DNA from: a virus
Taxonomy: Duplodnaviria > Caudoviricetes
DNA length: 64,000 bases
IMG/VR virus record: IMGVR_UViG_3300011832_000001
Location: 1 to 64,000 of that record
Strand: one strand, 5' to 3'
The translations under genes and the position numbers were made by a program. The notes below the pieces were generated by a model. It worked only from the letters and a program-made list of their open reading frames with translations. It did no database searches and was not told the origin of the DNA. Each line of letters opens with the position of its first letter. The first letter of the stretch is position 1. This document shows positions 17,333 through 27,458 of the stretch, in pieces.

Positions 17333-18838
17333 ATGAATAATGTCTCAAGACAGATGAAAGAAGCTTATTTGGTAGTTAGTCTATTCAAGAAGCCTGAACT
17401 TTTACAGCAATATGATGAAGATAAGATTCGACTAGAGCATTTCGAGAATGCTGAGTGGAAATTTTTCTATGCTATTGCACGAAAGCTATACAATAAAGGA
17501 ATCACAAACTTAGATGAAATTTCTGCCTTACAGTTAGTTTCTGAGAAAAGTGGTTTAAAAAATAAATATGATGAATATGGTGGTTGGCAAACAATTGATG
17601 ACGTTATGGAGATTATTGACAACGATGCTCGTAACTTCGAGCCATATCTCCTTGAGATTAAAAAGACTTTTGGACTTGGTGAACTCGAAAAGCTATACGG
17701 GAAAAAGATTCGTGAAGAAGATGGCAATTATAAGCCTGATGAAATGACCCTAGAAGAAATCACAACATATTGGATTGATAAAACAAATCAAATCAGCATT
17801 CGTGATAGCTCTGCATCAGGATTTGAAGAGAGTGATTTAATTGGTGGTCTCCGTGAATATATCATGGACATCATGGAGAAGCCTGAGATTGGATTGCCTG
17901 TACGTTATCTCAATCGATTAAACCGTCAGATTGGTGGTTGGTTGCAAGGCAAGATGTATATTACAGGTTCATTCTCAAACGGTGGTAAAACATCAATGAT
18001 GTTCAAGACCTATATCATGTCTTGTCTTGAGCAGAATGAGAAGATGGTAGTTATCGCAAACGAAGAAGGGGAAAAAGCTTTTAAAGAAAAACTTTTCGTT
18101 AATATCATGGGTGAGAATGGTATTGCTATTGACCGATTTAAATTCAAATCGGGAGACTTCTCAAATGAAGACCTAGATAAGATTTATCAGGCGATTGATA
18201 TTATTGAGAAGTTAGTTGGAAATAAAGACAATACAGGTCTTATTAAATTCGTATTCTTAGAATCATTTACAGAAGAGTCTGTTGAAAAGGTTATGCGACA
18301 TTATGCAGTTCGTGGTTATAACTACTTCTTAATTGATACTCTCAAAGTCCCTGACGGAGCAGGAGAACACGCTCGATGGGCAAAGCTATCTGATTTCACA
18401 AAACGTATTTACAAGCTTACTAGACCCGAAGCGGGAGGTCTCAATGTATGTACTGTATTGACTATTCAGTTGAAGCTTGCAAACGTTCGTCAACGATTCC
18501 TAACAATGGATGCCATTGCAGAAGGTAAACAGATTGTAAACGAAGCAGATGCATTCATTTGTTGGCGTGATGCTTATCCTGATGAGTATGAAGGAGAAAC
18601 TAACGAGGTAACATATATCTCTTCTGTTAAACAGCCTGAGCATCCTGATGCTAAGAATGGATATGTGGAAAAACATATGAAGCTAGATAAGAATAAGCAC
18701 TATATGTTCATGTTCATTCCTAAGAACCGTCAAGGAGCTAACACAAGTAACAGTCGTGAAGTTCTTGTATTGGAAGTCAATTGGCTATTTGGTAGTGTTC
18801 GTGAAGTTGGAGTTACAAAAACAATTATGTATGATTAA
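17333..18838 (+). CDS. dnaB: DnaB-like replicative helicase (YorI-like)
   Basis: Walker A GSFSNGGKTS, ANEE, Walker B FLIDT, TIQL and KNR motifs. Confidence 0.85.
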   Translation: MNNVSRQMKEAYLVVSLFKKPELLQQYDEDKIRLEHFENAEWKFFYAIARKLYNKGITNLDEISALQLVSEKSGLKNKYDEYGGWQTIDDVMEIIDNDARNFEPYLLEIKKTFGLGELEKLYGKKIREEDGNYKPDEMTLEEITTYWIDKTNQISIRDSSASGFEESDLIGGLREYIMDIMEKPEIGLPVRYLNRLNRQIGGWLQGKMYITGSFSNGGKTSMMFKTYIMSCLEQNEKMVVIANEEGEKAFKEKLFVNIMGENGIAIDRFKFKSGDFSNEDLDKIYQAIDIIEKLVGNKDNTGLIKFVFLESFTEESVEKVMRHYAVRGYNYFLIDTLKVPDGAGEHARWAKLSDFTKRIYKLTRPEAGGLNVCTVLTIQLKLANVRQRFLTMDAIAEGKQIVNEADAFICWRDAYPDEYEGETNEVTYISSVKQPEHPDAKNGYVEKHMKLDKNKHYMFMFIPKNRQGANTSNSREVLVLEVNWLFGSVREVGVTKTIMYD

Positions 18839-18845
18839 TAAATTT

Positions 18846-18879
18846 AACCCTTGACTTTCAAGGGTTTTTTTGATATAAT
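18846..18879 (+). promoter_or_regulatory. Terminator hairpin containing the -35 of a sigma-A promoter
   Basis: AACCCTTGA-CTT-TCAAGGGTT plus T tract; TTGACT (18851)-17 bp-TATAAT (18874). Confidence 0.85.
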
Positions 18880-18911
18880 TAAGATAGATGAAAGAAAGGT
18901 GGTTATGTCAT

Positions 18912-20006
18912 GTGGACTTCGATTACTTAAAGAAATATATTAAAGATAATGACCTCACCGTATCTATCTTGGAAGAATTAGATTGTGATATATTTGTCAA
19001 CAATGAAAATTATGTATCCGCATCTTTGCCTGATAGATTTAACAGTGATAACAAGGGGAATATTCACATCTACAAAGATTCATTAGTATCTCGTATTTGG
19101 AGTCGTTCAGTAAAGGGAGACATATTTAATGTCATTGCTTATGTTTTAGATTGTGAATCATTCGAAGCTAAAAATTGGGTTATTAAGACGTTTAAAATCA
19201 AAGAAGATGTATCCAACTATAAGAAGAAAAAGCCTGTAAATCAATGGCTAAAGATGCTTCACAGTCGGAAGAAATACGGAGGTAAGAACGAACCTATAGA
19301 TGAATCAGTCCTTTTAGATTATGAATATGTTAACTCAGTTCCATTCTTAGAGGATGGAATCTCAGAGTCAACTCAGATTGAGTTTGAGATTGGATTTGAT
19401 TTAGACTCAAAGAGATTTACTATTCCTATCAGAAATGAAGAAGGACAGTTAGTTGGAGTCAAAGGTCGTAGAGTCCCTAAGACACACGGTGTATGTGCAT
19501 CTGTCATGCCCGAATCAAAGTATATCTATATGGAAAAAATGGAGAAGTCATATGAGATATATGGTCTATATAAAACGAAACCACACATGATTGAAACTAA
19601 AAAGATATTTCTCTTTGAATCTGAAAAATCTGTTATGCAAGCTTGGGATTTCGGATATAAGAATACAGGAGCTTTTAGTGGTTCTGACATTTCTCCAACT
19701 CAAGGTAAGAAAGTAAGACAGATTAAAACAACTAGTGGAGCTGATATTTATATCGGATATGATTCAGATAAAAATCCTTTGGAAGATGAGGAGCTTATGG
19801 AATCTATCAAACGTTCACTTAAAACCGACTTCTATTTATTGCCTACTTGGGAATGGGAAGAAGAATACTGCTCACCTACAGACTTAGGTGAAAAAAGATT
19901 TGAGGAATTGCTTGACAAAGCTATTAAAGTAAGGTATAATATAATAGAAGACAGCGATGAAAATGACATGGAAGACTTGTCGCTTGAAGAACTTCTAAAT
20001 CTATAA
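18912..20006 (+). CDS. dnaG: DNA primase with TOPRIM domain (YorJ-like)
   Basis: RFTIPIRN..GQLVGVKGR, KYIY, YGLY, FESEKSV and YDSD motifs; AAAGGTGG RBS before GTG 18912 (track start 18888). Confidence 0.85.
   Translation: MDFDYLKKYIKDNDLTVSILEELDCDIFVNNENYVSASLPDRFNSDNKGNIHIYKDSLVSRIWSRSVKGDIFNVIAYVLDCESFEAKNWVIKTFKIKEDVSNYKKKKPVNQWLKMLHSRKKYGGKNEPIDESVLLDYEYVNSVPFLEDGISESTQIEFEIGFDLDSKRFTIPIRNEEGQLVGVKGRRVPKTHGVCASVMPESKYIYMEKMEKSYEIYGLYKTKPHMIETKKIFLFESEKSVMQAWDFGYKNTGAFSGSDISPTQGKKVRQIKTTSGADIYIGYDSDKNPLEDEELMESIKRSLKTDFYLLPTWEWEEEYCSPTDLGEKRFEELLDKAIKVRYNIIEDSDENDMEDLSLEELLNL
19912..19940 (+). promoter_or_regulatory. Sigma-A consensus promoter inside the primase 3' end
   Basis: TTGACA-17 bp-TATAAT. 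Confidence 0.7.
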
Positions 20007-20018
20007 AGAAGGTGATGC

Positions 20019-20408
20019 TTGTTGCAAGTATTTGAAACAAACAAGATATTAGCGGATTTGCAAGATTTGTATAATTGGTCTGCTGAGTATCTTTCACAAA
20101 CAGGAACTACAATTGAGAATTTTGGTAATCGCAATTACCCATCGACATCTTTCTATAAGGAAATATCGGAGAAGATTTTAGAGTATCAAAATAAAGTCTA
20201 CATTCCAATGACAGAGGAAGATTTAGATTTATTTATTTTTTCTGTTATGTCGTCAGAAATGGATTTGAACTCAAAAACATCATACTCAAGTGATGGAGTA
20301 GCGACATTAGTTGCTATGATTTTAATGGCACGTTCAATCACAGTTAATAAGATTGGAAATCAAGTTTTAACATTTAAAAAGCACAAATTGATTAATGACG
20401 TTAGATAA
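20019..20408 (+). CDS. Hypothetical protein
   Basis: GAAGGTG RBS; TTG start. Confidence 0.75.
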   Translation: MLQVFETNKILADLQDLYNWSAEYLSQTGTTIENFGNRNYPSTSFYKEISEKILEYQNKVYIPMTEEDLDLFIFSVMSSEMDLNSKTSYSSDGVATLVAMILMARSITVNKIGNQVLTFKKHKLINDVR

Positions 20409-20414
20409 AAATAC

Positions 20415-20443
20415 TTGACTTTCATTGTAAAGTATGGTATAAT
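20415..20443 (+). promoter_or_regulatory. Sigma-A type promoter
   Basis: TTGACT-17 bp-TATAAT with extended TG. Confidence 0.85.
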
Positions 20444-20474
20444 ATTAATATAACAATTAAAGGAGAATGATATT

Positions 20475-20750
20475 ATGTTATTCGGAGAGCAAACAGTATT
20501 CGCAAAATCACAAGGAACAAAACCTGTACAGAAAGGTACTTGGATTGTTGTTGTAAGTCGAATGGTAGAAACAGTTGAAGAAGTAACAGTTATGGTTAAG
20601 GGTAAAGAGGAAGTTAAGAAAGTTGCTCGTAAAGCCCCTAAATCATTTGCTAAGTCATTCCATGCAAAAGGTCGCTTGGATGCTCAACGTCAAATGGAAG
20701 ATGAGCTAAAAGGAACTGACTTTGTATTGGAGTACCTTTACAAAGTGTAA
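20475..20750 (+). CDS. Small basic protein in a monocistronic unit
   Basis: Own promoter, AAGGAG RBS and own terminator. Confidence 0.85.
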   Translation: MLFGEQTVFAKSQGTKPVQKGTWIVVVSRMVETVEEVTVMVKGKEEVKKVARKAPKSFAKSFHAKGRLDAQRQMEDELKGTDFVLEYLYKV

Positions 20751-20754
20751 GAGT

Positions 20755-20783
20755 AATAGGGGATGAATAATCCCCTATTTTTT
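20755..20783 (+). terminator. Intrinsic terminator
   Basis: AATAGGGGA/TCCCCTATT stem with T tract. Confidence 0.85.
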
Positions 20784-20807
20784 CGTCTATTAGGGAAGGA
20801 AGATTAA

Positions 20808-22358
20808 ATGTTAGATAAGATTTTAGAAATAAGAGGAGTAGATGAGTCGTTCCTCTATCCTGAAAATCCTCATCATAGTGCAACATTATTTAAAAACTAT
20901 GACAAAGCATCAAAGTTACTTATTAATCATTTACAAAAAGGAAGTAAAATTTTTATTAGCTATGATGTTGATATTGATGGATTTGTATCGGGAACATTAG
21001 TATATAAGTATCTAGAAATAATTGCTTCAAACTTTGATATTGAAGTTAAACCAATGTATCACCGAAAATCAAAAGGTCACGGAATTAAGCATCAGATTGA
21101 CCAAATTGACTCAGATGAAGGTCTTGTAATTATCGTTGACTCATCAAGTAATGATTTTGAAGACTCTAAAAAACTCAAAGACAGAGGTCTAGATGTACTG
21201 ATTCTTGACCACCACGAGTTTGATAAGCCTAATGAGTCTGCTGTTATTATTAATCCGATGCAAGCAGGTTGTAATTATCCGAATAAAAATATGGTTGGAG
21301 CTAGTGTTGTTTACAAGTTCTTGGAAGAATTTAATGACTCTTACATCGGAGCTGACATTGAGCACTTGGAAGACTTGGTTGGATTGGGATTAATTGCTGA
21401 TGTAGCTTCTATGAAAGAAGAAGAGAATCGATATTTTGTTAATCAATTAATTACAAACACTCATAACTATGGATTGACAAGTCTTATGGTTGCAACTAGC
21501 GCAGATACGACAAACTTAAATACTCAATCATTTTCATATGGAGTAGCTCCTTTGCTAAACGCTTGCTTGCGTGTAGGTCGTGAAGATTTAGTTTTTAATT
21601 TGTTCTTGGAAAATAATGGCGTTCAGATGGAAGTTCTGATTCATGAGATTCTACAGCAAAAAGAAATTCAGAAAGAAATTGTAAATAATGTTTTAGATAA
21701 CATTGAAATCATTGAAACAAAACACGCTGTTATTACTCAGTCATCAGAAGACATCGCAGGTCTTACAGGTCTTATTGCAAATGAAATGACAAAGAGATAT
21801 AAGAAACACGCTTTTGTTTTAAATGATGACATCATGCCTAAGGGGTCTAGTCGCTCTTATCAGAACGCAAAAACATTAGACCATATCTCATTAGGAAAAT
21901 CAGTTGCAACAGCAAATGGACACCAACAGGCTTATGGTATTACATTAAATGAGCTAGATAAGTTTGTCGATGAAGTTGATATGCTTTTGAGAAAAGTTAA
22001 AGCATCAACTGATAGTGATTATGATATTGAAGTATCTAAGATAACAAAACAAGATGTTGAAAGCCTGAAAGTAGTTAATCGAATTACAGGTAAGGATTTC
22101 CCACAAGTAAAAATTAAAATTTCCCTATCTGCATTAGAAGGGAAGGTTTTAGGGAAAACAGGAAACACATACAAGATTGCCACTTTAGATGGAATTGACA
22201 TCTTGGATTTCAATTACTCTGATGGAAAGTATGAAATTGGTTATTTTGATGATGTTGTCGTTGTTGGGAATCCAAATATAAATGTTTGGCAACATCCTAG
22301 AACTAAAAAAGTTACTGAGACACTACAAATTATTGCAGACAGTATAGAGGTGACTTAA
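20808..22358 (+). CDS. recJ: RecJ-like ssDNA exonuclease, DHH family (YorK-like)
   Basis: DVDIDG, IIVDS, LDHH, GLIAD, PLLNA..R and GSSR motifs. Confidence 0.9.
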   Translation: MLDKILEIRGVDESFLYPENPHHSATLFKNYDKASKLLINHLQKGSKIFISYDVDIDGFVSGTLVYKYLEIIASNFDIEVKPMYHRKSKGHGIKHQIDQIDSDEGLVIIVDSSSNDFEDSKKLKDRGLDVLILDHHEFDKPNESAVIINPMQAGCNYPNKNMVGASVVYKFLEEFNDSYIGADIEHLEDLVGLGLIADVASMKEEENRYFVNQLITNTHNYGLTSLMVATSADTTNLNTQSFSYGVAPLLNACLRVGREDLVFNLFLENNGVQMEVLIHEILQQKEIQKEIVNNVLDNIEIIETKHAVITQSSEDIAGLTGLIANEMTKRYKKHAFVLNDDIMPKGSSRSYQNAKTLDHISLGKSVATANGHQQAYGITLNELDKFVDEVDMLLRKVKASTDSDYDIEVSKITKQDVESLKVVNRITGKDFPQVKIKISLSALEGKVLGKTGNTYKIATLDGIDILDFNYSDGKYEIGYFDDVVVVGNPNINVWQHPRTKKVTETLQIIADSIEVT

Positions 22359-22359
22359 T

Positions 22360-22626
22360 ATGAAATTTGTTTTAACAGGTAGATATTTAGAAGAAATCAA
22401 TGGGAGCTGTCATAAAGGACGACTTCCATCTGATACTATTGCGGTTATTTTTAAATCACAAAATGATTTAGAAGGTTTTCTAGAAGGTAAGATTCAACAC
22501 TTTGATATTGACAAAGACCGTGAGTTTATGGTAGAATATATTTATCAGATAGACCACTATGGTCGAGTTGAAATTTATAAGCCATGCAAAGAACAGGATG
22601 ATTATTCTTGTTGGCTAGGAGGTTAA
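22360..22626 (+). CDS. Hypothetical protein
   Basis: GAGGTG RBS. Confidence 0.7.
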   Translation: MKFVLTGRYLEEINGSCHKGRLPSDTIAVIFKSQNDLEGFLEGKIQHFDIDKDREFMVEYIYQIDHYGRVEIYKPCKEQDDYSCWLGG

Positions 22627-22630
22627 TCTT

Positions 22631-22891
22631 ATGAAAAAACTTAAAGCCGTAATTGAATTAGAAGTTAACTGTTCACAAGAGCTTATTGATAAATTAGGCT
22701 CTATGGAAGCAGTTGCAAGTCAATTTCAACAGCAGTTGAAGTATGAGCTTAAAATGCGTGAGTATGATGGTGTTAAGATTCGTGTTATGAGTCTCTCTGA
22801 TAAAGATGCAGAGAAGCCAAAAGAAAAGCCTAAGCGCAAAAGACGTACAAAGAAAGAAATGGAAGAAGCCCGTAAACGTGGCGAAGCATAA
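22631..22891 (+). CDS. Hypothetical protein with basic KRKRRTKKE tail
   Basis: AGGAGG RBS. Confidence 0.75.
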   Translation: MKKLKAVIELEVNCSQELIDKLGSMEAVASQFQQQLKYELKMREYDGVKIRVMSLSDKDAEKPKEKPKRKRRTKKEMEEARKRGEA

Positions 22892-22906
22892 AGGAGATAT
22901 GATTTA

Positions 22907-25321
22907 GTGAATGAATTAACTTTTGTATTGAAAGATGATGGAAAGCGAAAATTAGAATTTGATGAAAAGCGCTTGCGTAAATTCATCGAGAAATTATTTG
23001 ATGGTCTTAAAGTGGAAGATGAGCTTAAGACCATGTATACGGAGAAAAGCATCCGTCAAATTAAAAATAAATCTGAAATTGATTTCAAACAGATTAACAA
23101 AATCCTAACGGATAATGCGATTGAGTTAGTCGATGATGTGACTATGAATGTAGGTGGCTCTGAGGTTGTTGATGTTTCACGACTAGGAAATACCGACTTC
23201 CAACACGTTGCAAAGCGAGTTCTCCTAAACTCTCTATATAAACGTGCATCTAAAAACCGTAGTTATAATGTACAAAAGAAATACGGTGATTTTGTAGGAT
23301 TGGTAAATACTTTAGGTGAGAAGGGTCTTTATTGTTCTATGATTCTTCGTGATTACACAGATGAAGAACTAGCTAAAGCAGGTCGTATGATTAAGTCTGA
23401 GCGTGATGAGCTATTAACTTACACGGGGCTATTCCATATGTCAGAGCGCTATATTGTGCGTGAAAAAGATAAGTCTAAGTCTATCTTAGAGTTACCACAA
23501 GAACGATACATGATGATTGCTTTAGCTGTATCTCGTGTAGAGAAAAAGAAAGTACGCATGAATGTTGTTAAAGAGCTTTACGATGCTTTGTCTACACAAA
23601 AGATTACAATGGCTACACCTACATTCCAAAATGCAGGTCGTCCAAATGCTCAAATGAGTTCTTGCTTCATTCAAACAGTAGAAGATGACTTGCGTGATAT
23701 TTACGACAACCACACTGACTCAGCTTTAATTTCTAAACTAGGTGGAGGAATCGGTAAATACTATGGAAAGGTTCGTGCTAAAGGTTCTGACATTCGTGGC
23801 AATAAAGGCGTTGCTAATGGAGTTATTGGTTGGATTAAGATGGATAACCAAACAGCAGTTACAGTTGACCAACTAGGAATGAGAGCAGGTTCTATTGCTG
23901 ATTACTTGGATATTTGGCATTTGGATATTGGAGACTTCTTAGAACTACGATTGAATACAGGAGACCTTTCTAAACGTGCTCATGATATTTTTACAGGTGT
24001 CTGTATTCCTGATGTGTTCATGCGACAAGTTAATGCTCGTGGAGATTGGTATCTATTTGACCCACATGAAATTTATAAGGTGATGGGATTCAAATTAGAA
24101 GACTTCTATGATGAGAAAAAACTTGAGGATAAAGAAACACCTAATCCAAAAGACCATGCTTTCACATATCACTATTGGAAATGTGTTGACTCAAATGAAC
24201 TTTCTAAGACTCGAATTCCTGCAATTAATCTTATGAAAAAGATTATGGTATCTCAATCAGAAACGGGTCTTCCTTATATGTTCTATCGTGATACTGTTAA
24301 CCGTGATAATCCTAATAAGCATGAGGGAATTATCTATAGCTCTAACCTTTGTTCAGAAATTGCACAGAATATGAGTCCTTCTGTAATCACAGAAGAAACA
24401 TTGGGTGAAGATGGTACTATTATCATCTCTAAGAGTTCAGGTGACTTTGTAACTTGTAACTTGGCATCATTGGTATTGAATAATATTATTGACCCTGAGC
24501 TTTCTGATGAGGAAAATGAAGAAGAGTTACGTCATATTACCCATGTTGCCATTCGAGCAATTGATAATGTTATTACTGTTAATGAACTTCCTGTAAAACA
24601 GGCAATTAAAACTAATAATAAATATCGTCCTGTAGGTTTAGGAGAACAAGGTATCGTTGCCACTTTAGCAGAACATGGTATTCACTACAATTCAGATGAA
24701 TCAATTGATTTTATTTCAAATTTAGAAGAATTAATTATGGCTTTCTCTATTGAAGCATCTGCTGATTTGGGAGCTGAAAAAGGTTCTTACTCTGTATTTG
24801 AAGGTTCTGAATGGAATACAGGTGTTTGGATTGAATCAAAACCTAAGAAAACAGACGTTTGGGAGAAATATAACATCAAAGAGAAGTCTATGAATTCAAT
24901 GCGTAACGCTTGGTTACGAGCAGTAGCTCCTACAGGTTCTACCTCGCTCTTAGCAGGTAGCACAGCAGGTGTAGACCCATTATTTGATATTATCTATAAA
25001 GAAGGTAAGAAGGACTTCTTATTGCCTATTGTAGCTCCATCGTTAGATGAGAAGACATATTGGTACTACAAACCTGTTAAACTTATGGATTGGGAAGGAA
25101 ATGATGAGTTAGGTATTATGTGGTCTGTTCAGCATAATATCCAACGTCAAGTTTGGGTTGACCAAGCAATTTCGTTCAACATCTATGTATCTGATGAGAT
25201 TCGTGGACTTGACTTCCTTAGTATTCATATGGAAATTTGGGATAAGGGAATTAAAACATCTTATTACACTCGTAGTCATGATGCAGATAAAGATGAAGGT
25301 TGCTTGGCTTGTTCTAGTTAA
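22907..25321 (+). CDS. nrdE: Class I ribonucleotide reductase alpha subunit
   Basis: ATPT..NAG, SSC, GGGIG, SNLCSE, CNLAS, APTGS, KTSYY and terminal CxxC; nrdA versus nrdE subclass is uncertain. Confidence 0.95.
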   Translation: MNELTFVLKDDGKRKLEFDEKRLRKFIEKLFDGLKVEDELKTMYTEKSIRQIKNKSEIDFKQINKILTDNAIELVDDVTMNVGGSEVVDVSRLGNTDFQHVAKRVLLNSLYKRASKNRSYNVQKKYGDFVGLVNTLGEKGLYCSMILRDYTDEELAKAGRMIKSERDELLTYTGLFHMSERYIVREKDKSKSILELPQERYMMIALAVSRVEKKKVRMNVVKELYDALSTQKITMATPTFQNAGRPNAQMSSCFIQTVEDDLRDIYDNHTDSALISKLGGGIGKYYGKVRAKGSDIRGNKGVANGVIGWIKMDNQTAVTVDQLGMRAGSIADYLDIWHLDIGDFLELRLNTGDLSKRAHDIFTGVCIPDVFMRQVNARGDWYLFDPHEIYKVMGFKLEDFYDEKKLEDKETPNPKDHAFTYHYWKCVDSNELSKTRIPAINLMKKIMVSQSETGLPYMFYRDTVNRDNPNKHEGIIYSSNLCSEIAQNMSPSVITEETLGEDGTIIISKSSGDFVTCNLASLVLNNIIDPELSDEENEEELRHITHVAIRAIDNVITVNELPVKQAIKTNNKYRPVGLGEQGIVATLAEHGIHYNSDESIDFISNLEELIMAFSIEASADLGAEKGSYSVFEGSEWNTGVWIESKPKKTDVWEKYNIKEKSMNSMRNAWLRAVAPTGSTSLLAGSTAGVDPLFDIIYKEGKKDFLLPIVAPSLDEKTYWYYKPVKLMDWEGNDELGIMWSVQHNIQRQVWVDQAISFNIYVSDEIRGLDFLSIHMEIWDKGIKTSYYTRSHDADKDEGCLACSS

Positions 25322-25329
25322 TTAAATTT

Positions 25330-25362
25330 AGGGTTGACTTCGGTCAGCCCTTATGTTATAAT
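25330..25362 (+). promoter_or_regulatory. UUCG hairpin containing the -35 of a sigma-A promoter
   Basis: AGGGTTGAC-TTCG-GTCAGCCCT; TTGACT (25334)-17 bp-TATAAT (25357). Confidence 0.8.
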
Positions 25363-25393
25363 TAAATCAAATGATAGAGAGGATGATTTAATT

Positions 25394-25720
25394 ATGTTTA
25401 CAAGAGATGACTTTTTACAACTTAAGTATAGTAAAGAAAAAAGAGAAATGTACGGAGAAGAACAAAGAATAAATGATGCAAAAAAACGTGTTGAAGAGAT
25501 TGCTAAATGGTATCTAGATGACCTAGAAAGATATTTCTCTATGGCTCTCACACACGGAGATGATACCATTCATGTTCCTGTTCTTATAGATAATACTCAA
25601 CAATTCGAACTTATGAGTGCTGTTGATACGCTTCTATTTGAATTGAATTATGATTGGGAATGGGTGGAATTAGATAATCCAAACTCTCAATATTCATTGC
25701 TTAATATTAAAGTCTTATAA
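25394..25720 (+). CDS. Hypothetical protein
   Basis: AGAGGA RBS supports ATG 25394. Confidence 0.75.
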   Translation: MFTRDDFLQLKYSKEKREMYGEEQRINDAKKRVEEIAKWYLDDLERYFSMALTHGDDTIHVPVLIDNTQQFELMSAVDTLLFELNYDWEWVELDNPNSQYSLLNIKVL

Positions 25721-25735
25721 AAGGAGAATAATAAA

Positions 25736-26053
25736 ATGATTAAATTTAATCCAAAAAAAGAAAGCGAAAAGGGTGTCTTTATTATCAAAGTGGTTGGTGA
25801 TTCAAATGATGCTGATTATATTACAGAATTTACAATTGTAAATAAAGAAGACTTTGATGAGAAGTTTATTGAAGAAATTAAAATACTAGATAAGATTGAA
25901 GGTGTCTCTTACGCTTTAGAGAATCTTGATGAGGTATATGATTATTACATTAATCTCCCGTATGGAGAAAACGGAGTTTGTCATACATTATCGGAAATTA
26001 CTGTTGAGTATATTGATTCAAAAAGTGTAATCTATAACGTAGAGGTAGAATAA
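25736..26053 (+). CDS. Hypothetical phage protein
   Basis: AAGGAG RBS; DSNDADY and CHTL motifs. Confidence 0.75.
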   Translation: MIKFNPKKESEKGVFIIKVVGDSNDADYITEFTIVNKEDFDEKFIEEIKILDKIEGVSYALENLDEVYDYYINLPYGENGVCHTLSEITVEYIDSKSVIYNVEVE

Positions 26054-26236
26054 ATGGGATTCGGAGCTTTATTAACTTTAATTTTTGTAGTAGCTAAGCT
26101 TCTTGGTTACTTCGCCTATAGTTGGTTAATTGTGTTTTTACCTGTAATTATTGAGATTGCTTTGACAATTTTGATTTATGTTTTTTATTTCGGAACATTA
26201 ACAGCATTCAGCATTAAAAAAACACGTAAAAAATAA
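26054..26236 (+). CDS. Small membrane protein of the KL.G...SW..V..P type
   Basis: Hydrophobic; AKLLGYFAYSWLIVFLP. Confidence 0.75.
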   Translation: MGFGALLTLIFVVAKLLGYFAYSWLIVFLPVIIEIALTILIYVFYFGTLTAFSIKKTRKK

Positions 26237-26248
26237 GGAGATAAAAAT

Positions 26249-26395
26249 ATGAGTATTTATGGAGTTTCTACAGTTGTTCTATTTATTTTAAAGTTGACAG
26301 GAGTATTGGCAATTAGTTGGTGGGTTGTTTTTGCACCTGTTTTAGTTGGACTTTTGATTGGCATAATTTTTCGTGCAATTGTAGAGAGTTATTAA
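26249..26395 (+). CDS. Small membrane protein, paralog of 26054..26236 (not in ORF track)
   Basis: AAGGAG RBS; MSIYGVSTVVLFILKLTGVLAISWWVVFAPVLVGLLIGIIFRAIVESY*. Confidence 0.75.
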   Translation: MSIYGVSTVVLFILKLTGVLAISWWVVFAPVLVGLLIGIIFRAIVESY

Positions 26396-26420
26396 AAAAG
26401 AAGGAAGTTGATTTATAGAA

Positions 26421-27446
26421 ATGGAAAAACATATTCGTTTATTTGATGGTGGAAAGCCAAACTTAGGAAAAACAATTCTAGATGAGCACTCAGGAATTCT
26501 ATATTGGGATGAGCAAGCGGATGCTTATTACAATGTATGGAAGGAAATGACGGGCAACTTTTGGGTGGCTAACGAAGTAACCTTAAAGCAAGATGTTTCT
26601 GATTGGGTTTCCAAAATGACAGATGAAGAAAAGGAATTCTTTAAACGTGGTATTTCTCAATTAGTTGTTTTAGACTCTGTAGCTACTGTAGCTGATGGAT
26701 TATTCTCAGCTTACATCAAAAATCCTGCAATCAAAGCTATCATGGCTTATATTGCATCTCAGGAATCGATTCACAATGAGTCATATACTTATATGGCTAC
26801 TAGTTTTATGACTAAAGAAGAAGCTCAAGAAGTTTTTGAACGTCCTAAAACGGACGAGCAAATTGTAGAAGCTAACAATTTAATCTTAGAGCAATTCGAA
26901 AACTTTGTCAAAGACCCAACGCCTGAAACATTATTAAAAGGATTGGTAGCTATGGCAATGCTAGAGGGTATTCGATTCACAAATGGATTTACACCATTCT
27001 ATCTTTTAGCTCGTAACAATCGAATGGTCAATAGCTCTAGTATTATTAGTTTCATCCAACGAGACGAGTTACAGCATTCATATTTCCAAACTTTGGTAGC
27101 ACGTCAAATTGTATCCGAATTTCCTGAATTGAATACCGATGAAACAAATCAATGGATTTATGATTCATTTAAAACAGTTGTTCAAAAAGAAAAAGAGCTG
27201 TGTAAATCAATGTACGAGGATGGCTTCTTAGGAATTGACATCATTGAGCTTGAGATGTATATTGAATGGCGAGCTAATTTAGTTCTTAAAAACTTAGGAA
27301 TGACGGAAATCTTTGATACCAAATCAAATCCTATGCGTTGGATTAAGAGCTTCGATAGTGAGAGCACTAACTCACAAAAGAATGACTTCTTTGAAAAACG
27401 TGTCACAACATATAGTAAAGTAACAGACCAATTTGACGATTTGTAA
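26421..27446 (+). CDS. nrdF: Class I ribonucleotide reductase beta subunit
   Basis: LDS, ESIH..SY, LEG.RF..GF, RDE..H ligands and DFFE...Y tail. Confidence 0.95.
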   Translation: MEKHIRLFDGGKPNLGKTILDEHSGILYWDEQADAYYNVWKEMTGNFWVANEVTLKQDVSDWVSKMTDEEKEFFKRGISQLVVLDSVATVADGLFSAYIKNPAIKAIMAYIASQESIHNESYTYMATSFMTKEEAQEVFERPKTDEQIVEANNLILEQFENFVKDPTPETLLKGLVAMAMLEGIRFTNGFTPFYLLARNNRMVNSSSIISFIQRDELQHSYFQTLVARQIVSEFPELNTDETNQWIYDSFKTVVQKEKELCKSMYEDGFLGIDIIELEMYIEWRANLVLKNLGMTEIFDTKSNPMRWIKSFDSESTNSQKNDFFEKRVTTYSKVTDQFDDL

Positions 27447-27458
27447 GAAAGGAAAGTT

